A stretch of 64,000 nt of DNA from Candidatus Heimdallarchaeota archaeon (GTDB taxonomy: Archaea > Asgardarchaeota > Heimdallarchaeia > Hodarchaeales > Hodarchaeaceae), in NCBI GenBank assembly GCA_011364965.1, contig RDOB01000002.1:328599-392598 (forward strand), given 5' to 3'. Below, in pieces: positions 1-9,164 of the stretch. The notes beneath the pieces were generated by a model. The model made no database searches. It was not told the DNA's origin and saw nothing but the letters and a program-made list of their open reading frames with translations. Positions within the stretch are counted from its first letter, which is position 1; the number at the start of each line of letters is the position of its first letter. The translations under genes and the position numbers were made by a program.

Positions 1-25
1 AAAAATAAGCGGAGAAGACTTTATA

Positions 26-958
26 TTGGAATTTGAGTACGAAGAGGCTCTTAAATTCCTAGAAATTCTGAAATCTCTAGTATTCACTGAAACTGACTAT
101 TTATTGACAAGTGATATACCTATTCCTGAAGATGAATCTTATATTTCCGAAGAAAGGTCCCCCTTGGCTGAAATAGAAGATGCCAAAAAAAGTGATATTG
201 GACTTGGTACATCTTACTCATATGAACCAGAGTTTAAAGAATCTTATGCAGAAGGAAAGGAAGAAATTGCACCGAAGGAACCCTCCGAAACATTAGAGTA
301 TGAACGTGCTTTTTCTCAAAGAATTGAATCAGTTAAAAGTCAATTTAGTGAATCCTTAATCGAAGAACGCAAAGAAATGATTGAAAACCTTCCTGAACCA
401 TCAGAAATTCTTAATGTAATCCAAACTACTCAAGAATCCTTTGATGAAAGTATGGATAAAGTATTTTCTACCGATGAATTAGATTCTACTCCCAAAGCTC
501 CCATAGAAGAGGTTGTTTCAAAAGCTACACCCCCATCCATTTTAAAATTTAGCGAATTATCCCGTACTGAGTTAGATACTGCTTCTTTCTTCCACGAGAC
601 GGAAGAAAAAAGTCCCCTTGAACTTTTACTTGAGGAAGACAAAATTGATTCCATAGGTGTCTCTGATCCCTTTGAAGATATTGATGAAACTTCAAAACGA
701 ACCTTTTCTCCCGAAGATATGCAAACTCGTTCTTTTATAAGTAAATTTGATAAAGAGCTTAGCTCAAATGAGTTAGAGAGCTCGACATCGGTTCCAGATG
801 CTGTGGAAGAACCAAGGGATAAGATAAAGTCCGATGAACCAATAGCAACAATCCAAAAACAGCCAATATCAATGACAGAAGAAGAAAGGAAACAAAAAAT
901 CGAAAAAGAAAGAGCAGAGCGACGTCGAAGATTATGGGAGTTAACTAGAGGATTTTAA
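26..958 (+). CDS. Acidic (Glu/Asp/Ser-rich) hypothetical protein with a basic C-terminal tail; the 5' end may lie upstream of the window
   Basis: Long ORF from near the window edge. Composition is highly acidic and low-complexity. No catalytic motif recognised. Confidence 0.35.
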   Translation: MEFEYEEALKFLEILKSLVFTETDYLLTSDIPIPEDESYISEERSPLAEIEDAKKSDIGLGTSYSYEPEFKESYAEGKEEIAPKEPSETLEYERAFSQRIESVKSQFSESLIEERKEMIENLPEPSEILNVIQTTQESFDESMDKVFSTDELDSTPKAPIEEVVSKATPPSILKFSELSRTELDTASFFHETEEKSPLELLLEEDKIDSIGVSDPFEDIDETSKRTFSPEDMQTRSFISKFDKELSSNELESSTSVPDAVEEPRDKIKSDEPIATIQKQPISMTEEERKQKIEKERAERRRRLWELTRGF

Positions 959-973
959 TTTTCAATTGTAGCC

Positions 974-980
974 TTTTTTT
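974..980 (+). terminator. Poly-T tract after ORF 26..958 (archaeal-type termination signal)
   Basis: T7 run immediately 3' of the stop codon. Confidence 0.25.
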
Positions 981-988
981 ACATTTTC

Positions 989-1660
989 ATGGTGATTTTT
1001 ATGGCAAATTTGGCTATTACTGCACTAGTTTTTGATGCTGGGGATATTCTGGTTCACAGTAAAGGGGATATAGAACTTGAATCATGGAGAGAAATATCAG
1101 GTTATTTCAAAATCTGGGGGATTCCATTAGAGGATTATACTAAATATTTTTTACAATTTAATACCAGATTGAGAGAATTTGGATTAAAACAAAACTCCAA
1201 GAAAATAGTAATATCCCTCCAAAGCTCTAATCGAAAGGATTTGTGTTTACCAGTAAAATTATTAGAGCAATATGAAGCAGAAAAATGGTGGATGAACCCT
1301 GCTCCAGGATTGAAACAATTCATCGAGGAACTCAAAACTTTTAAATTTAAAATTGGTATTTTAACGGACAGTGTATTACCAGTAGTTAAAATTAGAGAAG
1401 TTTTACATGATATATCCCCAATGGTGGATTCAGTTGTTTCCTCTCGTGAATTCGGGAAACAGAAACCAGATATAGGAATATACAACCATATACTTTCGAG
1501 ATTGAAGGTAACAAATTCTAGTCTTGCATTATTTATCGGTCACGATTATGAGGAATTGGAAGGAGCTAAGAGAGTGGGAATGAGAATTTTAAGCATTAAA
1601 GAGTCGATAGACCTTTCGCTTCTCTATTCGAAAATTCTAGAAAATATTCAAATTACATGA
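989..1660 (+). CDS. HAD-superfamily-like hydrolase with a degenerate motif I
   Basis: N-terminal LVFDAGDIL, motif II IGILTDS and Lys motif GKQKPD are present. Motif I is not the canonical DxDGT. Confidence 0.45.
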   Translation: MVIFMANLAITALVFDAGDILVHSKGDIELESWREISGYFKIWGIPLEDYTKYFLQFNTRLREFGLKQNSKKIVISLQSSNRKDLCLPVKLLEQYEAEKWWMNPAPGLKQFIEELKTFKFKIGILTDSVLPVVKIREVLHDISPMVDSVVSSREFGKQKPDIGIYNHILSRLKVTNSSLALFIGHDYEELEGAKRVGMRILSIKESIDLSLLYSKILENIQIT

Positions 1661-1679
1661 TTTTTTTGGATGTAAAAAT

Positions 1680-2864
1680 ATGTCACTAAATACTCCGATA
1701 TACGCAATATTGCACGCTTATCAACCTGCTAATCAAAATTTGAAAATTTTGGATCGTATTGTAAATTTATGTTATTTACCTATTGCAAAATTATTAGAAC
1801 AGAACGCAGACTTCAGAATTACCCTCAATTTCAACGCTAGTCTATCTGAACTACTTGAATTTGAATACCCGCAGGTAATTGAAAAATATATAGAATTAGC
1901 GAGACATAAACAAATAGAATTTCTAGATTCTGGAGCATACCATCCAATATTACCGCTTTTATCTCCGAAAGAAGTTGAACTGCAGATAAAACTGAACAAC
2001 GAGATTAATTCCCGGATTTTCGGACCAATTTGGAACCCAATCGGGTTTTGGCCCCCAGAATTAGCAGTTTCAACTGAAACTGCAGCTTTAGTCGAGCAGA
2101 TTGGATACAAATACATGATTATACCTGAAATTTCAATTTCTACTTCCAATCCACCCAACCCACTCTATGATACTCTACTGGTTCATTCTTCTGCCCCCAA
2201 TCTTGCTTTAATTAACAGAAATCGCGAAGTTTCAAATAATATCTCATTTAAAGGATATTCCACTATTAGAGATTTCACTTCTCGTGTTCAATTTTTTCAG
2301 AAACAGCAACCTAAAGGAAATTTAATAATTGCTTCAGATTTAGAAACCTTTGGAGAACATCATTTAGAATATTATAAATTTCTAATTGAAATTTTATCGA
2401 TATGCGAGCCTCATATGTGCTCTGAACTCTTAAACCTGCCAGTTAAAAATATAAAGAATTTCAGAAGTAGTAGCTGGTCTACTTCAGAAGAAGACCTTTA
2501 TCGTAATATTCCATTTCCTTTATGGGCATATCCAGGTAATTCTATACATCAGCTTCTAAATTTCCATTCTGACCTCCTTTCAGAAAGTTTAAGATATCTC
2601 CTCGAAAAAAAAGATGAAACAGATTACGATGTTAAGATTGCTCTTAAGGCTGCAGCTAAAGCTCAATATTCATGTCAACAATGGTGGGCGTCCATAAAAG
2701 ATCATTTCAGTAAGAACTTAATTATAAAAGGTATTCAAGAGCAAAGAAAGGCTTTAGAACTAATTCTAAACGCTTTAGGAAATGAAGGTAACTATTCTCT
2801 CATCATAGGAGTATCTGATCGAACTTTGCATCGATTGGAAGGTTACCTTTCGCGTATTCGATAG
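1680..2864 (+). CDS. Glycoside hydrolase family 57-like protein (alpha-glucan active)
   Basis: N-terminal ILHAYQPANQ resembles the GH57 HxHQP signature. Size is ~390 aa and the TIM-barrel-like region is followed by a helical C-terminus. Confidence 0.5.
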   Translation: MSLNTPIYAILHAYQPANQNLKILDRIVNLCYLPIAKLLEQNADFRITLNFNASLSELLEFEYPQVIEKYIELARHKQIEFLDSGAYHPILPLLSPKEVELQIKLNNEINSRIFGPIWNPIGFWPPELAVSTETAALVEQIGYKYMIIPEISISTSNPPNPLYDTLLVHSSAPNLALINRNREVSNNISFKGYSTIRDFTSRVQFFQKQQPKGNLIIASDLETFGEHHLEYYKFLIEILSICEPHMCSELLNLPVKNIKNFRSSSWSTSEEDLYRNIPFPLWAYPGNSIHQLLNFHSDLLSESLRYLLEKKDETDYDVKIALKAAAKAQYSCQQWWASIKDHFSKNLIIKGIQEQRKALELILNALGNEGNYSLIIGVSDRTLHRLEGYLSRIR

Positions 2865-2886
2865 ATAAAGGGATTATTGATAAAGA

Positions 2887-4227
2887 TTGAAAGCTCAACA
2901 AATTTTAAAAGATCTTATTGCTTTTGAATCGGTTAATAATCCGCAGAATGGTTGCTATCCAAGTTCTGACATTTTGGACTATATTATTGATCTTCTCACC
3001 TCGTGGAATAGCGATATTGAAGTTAAAAAATTTTCTAGCAATAAATATTCCTCAATTTATGCATTTAACCCGTTGAGAAAAGCGAGTAAAGTGCTTTTTA
3101 TGGGTCATTTAGATGTTGTTCCTGTTTCAAATGGGTGGAACACAAATCCTTTTATTTTACATATTGATTCAGATCGCGCGTATGGTAGAGGGACAAAAGA
3201 TTGTAAAGGATCTGTACTTTCCTCACTATTGGCATATAAATCACTTTGCGAAGAAAATAATACAAATATTAGTTCCTTGGGCTTTTTTCTTTCAACTGAT
3301 GAAGAAACAGGAGGAACGCATGGAGCTAAGGAGTTCTTCAACTATGCCAAAAAGAATAAAATCTTGCCTACTTATATATTGAACGTCGATGGAGGAGCTC
3401 AGGTTGTATATAAACGCAGAGCAGGGTTTGGAGTTAAAATAACTATCCCTCCTAATCTAAAAAGGATTTCTGGGAATAAAGAAACAATTATATGTAGCAC
3501 AAATATACTTGGAGATAATAATCGGCATAGCGCTTATTTTGTACGTGGGGCTGATAGGCATGCTGTGATATCCCTTTCTAAATTACTTCATGTTAATCCA
3601 GACTGGCAAGTATCTCGAATCGATGGGTCATGGGTAAAGGGGAATGTGATACCAGATGATGCAGAGATTGATATTGTTAAACCCTCGAAGGAACTAAATT
3701 CACAAGATTTCACTATCGATAATAATCTCACACAATTTCTTAGAATGCTCAAGTCCATAATATTGATTGAGCTCGATACTGATATAGTAAGTGACTTTGG
3801 GATAACAGTTAATCCTAATATTTTGGAGTATGATGAATCAGTGGGATTGAAAGTCCATTTCGACGTTCGAGCATTTCTTTCATCGAGTTCTGTCTCCTCA
3901 CTTATACAAGCTTTTGAGAAAAGATTAGGCACATTAACAGAAAAGTCACGAATTGAATGTTCAGGATCTTCAGGATACTTTCATACTCCAAAAGATAATA
4001 TTCTTGTTAAAACAGCAAGTTCAGTTTTAAAGGAACATAATTTGCCATATTTGCCATGTGAACAGGAGGGAGCTTCTGATGCTCGGTATGCAAGTGAATT
4101 AGGAATTCCAGTCGTCGATATTGGACCCAAAGGAGGACATGTACATGGTAATGACGAATTTATAGATTTAAAATCAATGATTGAGTTTGGCGTTATATAC
4201 AAGGAGATTATTGATAAGCTTGTCTAA
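2887..4227 (+). CDS. M20-family metallopeptidase/deacylase (ArgE/DapE-like), TTG start
   Basis: Has the GHLDVVP metal-binding motif and an N-terminal LIAFESVN. Size ~446 aa. Confidence 0.7.
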   Translation: MKAQQILKDLIAFESVNNPQNGCYPSSDILDYIIDLLTSWNSDIEVKKFSSNKYSSIYAFNPLRKASKVLFMGHLDVVPVSNGWNTNPFILHIDSDRAYGRGTKDCKGSVLSSLLAYKSLCEENNTNISSLGFFLSTDEETGGTHGAKEFFNYAKKNKILPTYILNVDGGAQVVYKRRAGFGVKITIPPNLKRISGNKETIICSTNILGDNNRHSAYFVRGADRHAVISLSKLLHVNPDWQVSRIDGSWVKGNVIPDDAEIDIVKPSKELNSQDFTIDNNLTQFLRMLKSIILIELDTDIVSDFGITVNPNILEYDESVGLKVHFDVRAFLSSSSVSSLIQAFEKRLGTLTEKSRIECSGSSGYFHTPKDNILVKTASSVLKEHNLPYLPCEQEGASDARYASELGIPVVDIGPKGGHVHGNDEFIDLKSMIEFGVIYKEIIDKLV

Positions 4228-4337
4228 AACTTGGCTTATATTGGAAATTAAGCTACACTACATAAGATTTTAATATAGTAGGATTATTAAAAAATAATAG
4301 GATCCCCCTTTCAAGTTAAATTCGGTAAATTAGATTT

Positions 4338-5138
4338 GTGCGGACAAGTACGATGACTCTCGCAATCAATAGCATCTATAATATAGATTGTCGCGAAGGA
4401 TTAAAGCAGATTGATAAAGAAAGTGTAGACCTACTTTTAACTGATCCACCGTTCGGAATTTCATTTGATAGAATGGGAACGCAGTATAATAGGAAACAGA
4501 AAAATCTAGGGGACTTATATACAGAGATTCCTCAAGAAGAATATTTTATTTTTACACTCTCTTGGTTAAGAGGAGTATGGGATGTTTTAAAACCTACTGG
4601 GAGCGGCTTTATCTTTTCTGGATGGAATAACCTTGGAGATATATTAAATGCGATTTCGGAAGTTGGATTTCGTCTTGTCAATCATATTATTTGGAAATAT
4701 CAATTTGGAGTCTATACTAAAAAAAAATACGTTACTTCTCATTATCACATTTTATATTTTACTAAACTTCCTTTAAATAAAGACCATTTAAGAACTTTTA
4801 ATCGGATTTCGGATTATTCTGTTTCCCTTGGTAAGCTTTACTTTGAGGATGTCTGGTTTATCAATCGTGACTACCAGAAGGGTGGAGAGAAAACTCCCAC
4901 GCGCCTTCCTTTAGCTTTGACTGATAAATGCATAAGGATGGGTAGTGAGGAAGGAGATCTCGTTCTAGAGCCTTTCCTTGGTAGTGGAGCTGTTATACAG
5001 TCCTGTATGACATTTAATCGTCGATATATAGGGTTTGAAATAAGTCCAGAGATATTTCAGATCGCTAGAAATAGAATTGAAAAAACTAGAAATCACATCC
5101 AAAATAGAAATGGAACTTTGGAGAACTGGTTAAAATAA
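4338..5138 (+). CDS. Beta-class DNA methyltransferase (N6-adenine or N4-cytosine); no restriction partner is visible
   Basis: Motif IV LLTDPPFG lies near the N-terminus. The AdoMet motif I LEPFLGSGA lies near the C-terminus, which is beta-class order. Confidence 0.75.
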   Translation: MRTSTMTLAINSIYNIDCREGLKQIDKESVDLLLTDPPFGISFDRMGTQYNRKQKNLGDLYTEIPQEEYFIFTLSWLRGVWDVLKPTGSGFIFSGWNNLGDILNAISEVGFRLVNHIIWKYQFGVYTKKKYVTSHYHILYFTKLPLNKDHLRTFNRISDYSVSLGKLYFEDVWFINRDYQKGGEKTPTRLPLALTDKCIRMGSEEGDLVLEPFLGSGAVIQSCMTFNRRYIGFEISPEIFQIARNRIEKTRNHIQNRNGTLENWLK

Positions 5139-5259
5139 CAATAAGTTATCTTATTTTTAGTTATCTGGATGAAGCTTAGACGAAAAGAAGATTTTAAATT
5201 CGAAAATATAGGCGTAATTACATTCCTTAAATTCGATGTATAAATTATAAATATCTTAG

Positions 5260-6273
5260 TTGAGATGGTTTTCAATGGTATTGTTAGTAACTGGTGGAAC
5301 GGGGCTTGTAGGTAGCTTTTTGGTTGAAATACTGGCAAAAGATGAGAATTATCAAGGTTCGCGTGTAATTGTTCGAAATCAGGAAAGTGAACAATCCATC
5401 AGGAATTATGGTCTCATACCTGTTTATGCTGATTTAAATAATTTAGATACCTTGAAAACAGCGATCAAAGATGTAGATGGAGTATTAAATGTTGCATCAT
5501 TAGCATCAGACACAGTTGGTTGGAATGATCTATTTCGAGTAAATGTAGAAGGCATGAAGAATCTTGTTACAGCATGTATGAAAGGTAATAATGATCCTTA
5601 CATGGCTCATGTTAGCAGTACTGGTGTCTATGGGCACTATATTCCAAAATATCCAATTGATGAATCCTATAAATTCAATCCTACAAGTATTTATCAAAAA
5701 AGTAAATATCTGCAAGAACAGGTTATTTGGGAAGCACATCATCAAGAGGGATGGGATAATTTTGGCATATTAAGGTCTCCTTCAGTTGTAGGACCCCGTG
5801 ATACTAAGACAATGCTTCGCATATTTGAAGCTATTTATCAGAGGAAATTTCCAATATTTCGCAATGGTGTAAGTTATTTAACATTCATTCACCCTTATGA
5901 CCTGAGTAAAGCGTTACTTCTTTTATATAAAGAAAAACCTCACGCTGAAGCGTTTAATCTAAAATCCTTTGAGTGTAAGCTAAAAGAATTGATGGATTAC
6001 GTAATTATAAAAATAAATCCTCCAAAAGTTCCGAAGAAGATGAATTACCACTTGGTGTACGCGCTAGCAATATTTTCGGAAGCTTATACAAAAATTACAG
6101 GTCACGATACAACTTTGAACCGTTATCGAGTCAGTAAATTTGGACAATCGAGAAGATATATTGATACAAAAATTCGGTCTCTTGGATTTGAGCCTCAAAA
6201 GACTATGAAGCAGACCATAGACGAAGCATTCGATTGGGCTGTTGAGAATGGATTATTTCCTCCTTCTAACTGA
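5260..6273 (+). CDS. NAD-dependent epimerase/dehydratase family protein (the start is probably at Met 5275)
   Basis: Rossmann motif VTGGTGLVGSFLV at the N-terminus. A YxxxK-type active-site region (YQKSK) is present. Confidence 0.75.
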   Translation: MRWFSMVLLVTGGTGLVGSFLVEILAKDENYQGSRVIVRNQESEQSIRNYGLIPVYADLNNLDTLKTAIKDVDGVLNVASLASDTVGWNDLFRVNVEGMKNLVTACMKGNNDPYMAHVSSTGVYGHYIPKYPIDESYKFNPTSIYQKSKYLQEQVIWEAHHQEGWDNFGILRSPSVVGPRDTKTMLRIFEAIYQRKFPIFRNGVSYLTFIHPYDLSKALLLLYKEKPHAEAFNLKSFECKLKELMDYVIIKINPPKVPKKMNYHLVYALAIFSEAYTKITGHDTTLNRYRVSKFGQSRRYIDTKIRSLGFEPQKTMKQTIDEAFDWAVENGLFPPSN

Positions 6274-6412
6274 GTTCTTAATATTGAATAATGTTTTGAT
6301 GAACTTATTTTCACATTTTTGCGAGAACTTCGAATTTCAAAACAAAGAAATATGTGAATAAAGAATAATTTTCTCGAACTAGTCTTTGAAATGTTTTGAC
6401 AATCACACTTGA

Positions 6413-7333
6413 ATGGGAAGATTATTGCAGGAAAATGATATTGATCCTTTTGTTAACGCAAAAATTCTTTTGATCGAGGATTCAAAAGATCACCAATTTT
6501 TGTTTATGCAAAAATTGAACAGTATAGGACTAACTAATATCATTGTTTGCGAAACAGGCGAGCAAGCTATTTATGAACTTGAAAATGACCCTGAATATTC
6601 ATTAATTGTCTCTGATTATAATCTTCCTGGAAAATCTGGAATAGATCTCATTAAAGAAATGAGAAATATGAAATTGGAAATTCCAATTATAATGATTACT
6701 GGACTAGGATCCGAAAAAGTTGCTGTAGAGGCAATGAAGCTTGGTATCCAAGATTATATAACAAAAGAAGATTTTATAGCTTCTGATTCAGAAACCATAA
6801 AAGAAATTATTTTTAAAATTATGTTAGAATATCATACGAAACAGGAGCTTTTGCTTACTCGTCGTTTAAGAGCAAATCCTGATCGTATTTCAGTTTTTGT
6901 CTACAGATTTGGTGAACGAGGCCCTGAGGTTTTTTTGCGAACTAAACTACCCTTTAATAAACTTTCAAGTTTAGAAGAAGAGAATTTTCTAATCAAGCTT
7001 GGAATTCATTATATGGCCGCTACAGGTTCAGGACATGAATATGCTACAGGATTGTACGAACTTCCAGTACCAGCTCACCCAAAATATCATGCTTTGGTCT
7101 ATGCTTTTCAAATGAAAGACTCTAATCCCAAGAGTTATCATTTAGAAAGCAAAGAGATGAATTATGGAATAATTGTGATTCTCTTTCCTGTTTTATTCCG
7201 TTCTATACTTCCACTTAGATCAATCATCGAAAATAAACTTGATAAATTAATGTATGAATATTCAGATATGCAGGAATTAGACTCTGAGTTGATTAGCAGA
7301 GTTAAATCAATTTTTATTCGTGTAGAAACTTAA
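6413..7333 (+). CDS. Response regulator: a CheY-like receiver domain fused to a ~170-aa C-terminal domain of unknown function
   Basis: Receiver hallmarks are ILLIEDSKD, the phospho-acceptor context LIVSDYNLPGKSG, IIMITG and the conserved Lys in ITKEDF. The C-terminal half has no recognisable DNA-binding or enzymatic motif. Confidence 0.65.
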   Translation: MGRLLQENDIDPFVNAKILLIEDSKDHQFLFMQKLNSIGLTNIIVCETGEQAIYELENDPEYSLIVSDYNLPGKSGIDLIKEMRNMKLEIPIIMITGLGSEKVAVEAMKLGIQDYITKEDFIASDSETIKEIIFKIMLEYHTKQELLLTRRLRANPDRISVFVYRFGERGPEVFLRTKLPFNKLSSLEEENFLIKLGIHYMAATGSGHEYATGLYELPVPAHPKYHALVYAFQMKDSNPKSYHLESKEMNYGIIVILFPVLFRSILPLRSIIENKLDKLMYEYSDMQELDSELISRVKSIFIRVET

Positions 7334-7356
7334 GGTTATATGATAGGGGAAACATA

Positions 7357-8043
7357 TCAAAGCTTTTCAATAATCTTCAGTAAATCTTTGCCAACAGCTG
7401 GAATTATTGCCAATGGTTCATAATTTACTTTTTCTGTTGGTAAATCAAAAACCCCAGTTCTTACTAGAATGAATTGCTTAATATTTGCATTCTTTGCTGT
7501 CAATAAATCAACCAAAGTATCGCCAATATAAACAACTTCCTTGATTTTCACATTTAAACGAGATATCGCTATATATAGAGGGATAGGAGATGGTTTCTTT
7601 ATTCCCAAACTTTTTGAATCAATAATTTCGTCGAAAAAGTGCAAAAAAGGCTCGAATCGTTTTTTTAATAAGCTTGGAGATCCATTTGTGACAATTCCTA
7701 ATAAAATTCCAGTTTTCTTGAGTTTTTTTAAAGTCGTTTCAACTTCAGGAAATGGATGTCTAACTGAATCCCACTTATAAAATTGAATCGTAATCTGAAG
7801 TATTCCGATTAGAAAAGGAATCCAATTTAATTGAAAATCCGCTCGGACCCCACGAAAAAAATCCATATGAAACCAAGAGTATTTCTCCTTCAAATTATAC
7901 AAATACCCTAACCTTCGAAGATAAGCTCGAATTCTGAGAGGTGTGGGGTTTTTTAAAAATTTTTGAGCAATTAATTGCGGAAAAATTCTCAAAGAATTAA
8001 CTAAAGTTCCATCTAAATCGAAAATTACAGCTTTCACTACCAT
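7357..8043 (-). CDS. HAD-superfamily hydrolase (phosphatase-like)
   Basis: Canonical motif I VIFDLDGTLVNS, motif II LGIVTNGS, and K..P and GD motifs. Confidence 0.75.
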   Translation of the reverse strand: MVVKAVIFDLDGTLVNSLRIFPQLIAQKFLKNPTPLRIRAYLRRLGYLYNLKEKYSWFHMDFFRGVRADFQLNWIPFLIGILQITIQFYKWDSVRHPFPEVETTLKKLKKTGILLGIVTNGSPSLLKKRFEPFLHFFDEIIDSKSLGIKKPSPIPLYIAISRLNVKIKEVVYIGDTLVDLLTAKNANIKQFILVRTGVFDLPTEKVNYEPLAIIPAVGKDLLKIIEKL

Positions 8044-8164
8044 TTTTTCAGCTTCTAATTAATCAGTTTTATTAAATTCCTGTTAAAAAAATCGCAACAA
8101 AGTAAAAACATAATTTTAACACAACACGCTATAGACATTAAGAAGCTTCTATTAGTTCTTCACG

Positions 8165-9106
8165 GTGATTCGAATCGTAATTCTAGGTCTGAATAAAAAA
8201 CCATACATACTTTCTCCCCTTGCTTCGATTACTATTCCTCCATTTCGCGGATTATGTGCAGAATTAGGTGCAGATGTTACTGTTTCCGAAATGACTTTTG
8301 CTCGGAGTATTTTATGTCAAAATCCTAGATCACTCAAAAGGATACAAAAGCACCCATCTGAAAAGCTCTTTGGAATTCAGCTGCTTACTAATAGTTCGGA
8401 AGATTTAAAAGGAGCTATAGAGCGAATTGAGAGAAATAAGCTCAGTGATTTCATAGAACTTAATCTAGGATGCCCAAAAGCAAGAATAATAAATTCAAAT
8501 TTAGGATCCAGTCTTCTCAAGAATAAGAATAAAAAGATACTGATAAATTTGCTTCAAATTGGGGGAAGCACTTGCTCAATTCCCTTTGCTTTAAAAATAC
8601 GAGCTGGTTATTCAAAAAAAGTTTACAAATCAGTATTAAGGCTTGCAGAAAAATACAATATTGCTTTCATTACTTTTCATGCTCGCTTGGGGGTAGATAC
8701 TTATAAAATTCCTGCAAATCCGAAATTTTGGGCCGAAACCAAAAACATTAGTTCAATCCCAATCATAGCAAACGGTGATGTATATCATCGTCATCAAGCA
8801 GAAGAAATTCTCGGGAAGCTAAATTTAGATGGAGTTGCAATTGGTAGAGGAGCTCGAGGAAACCCACAAATTTTTAGCTCAACCCCCCAATTAGATACTT
8901 TGGAGATTTATGAGAGATTCATTGAATATTTACAAACCAGTGATTACTTTACACTCTTCAATTTAAAATTGCATTCTGCTGATATTCTTAAAAATTACCG
9001 ATTTTCCGCTCAAGCACGCAAAAAACTTATGAATCTAAATGACATGGAAGAAATTATAAAATATACCAAGAATCAATTGATTTCAAAGTCTTATTCAGAA
9101 GAATAG
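8165..9106 (+). CDS. dus: tRNA-dihydrouridine synthase (Dus family)
   Basis: LSPLASITIPPFRGLCAELGADVTVSEM matches the Dus N-terminal FMN-binding region. The catalytic Cys lies in NLGCPKA. Confidence 0.75.
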   Translation: MIRIVILGLNKKPYILSPLASITIPPFRGLCAELGADVTVSEMTFARSILCQNPRSLKRIQKHPSEKLFGIQLLTNSSEDLKGAIERIERNKLSDFIELNLGCPKARIINSNLGSSLLKNKNKKILINLLQIGGSTCSIPFALKIRAGYSKKVYKSVLRLAEKYNIAFITFHARLGVDTYKIPANPKFWAETKNISSIPIIANGDVYHRHQAEEILGKLNLDGVAIGRGARGNPQIFSSTPQLDTLEIYERFIEYLQTSDYFTLFNLKLHSADILKNYRFSAQARKKLMNLNDMEEIIKYTKNQLISKSYSEE

Positions 9107-9164
9107 GGTGTTTATAGCATTTCCACATGTTAAAGTCGATTAAAAAATTAGGAGCCAAATCTGA

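Noticed and set aside
430-654. Many short antisense or overlapping ORFs from the six-frame track, for example 430..654, 1135..1485, 1772..2158, 3105..3382, 5093..5338, 7541..7780, 11589..11819, 12207..12998, 26153..26365 and 30522..30758.
   Set aside because: Each lies inside and opposite to, or overlaps, a long ORF with clear family motifs, and none shows a motif of its own. They are most likely spurious frames in AT-rich DNA.
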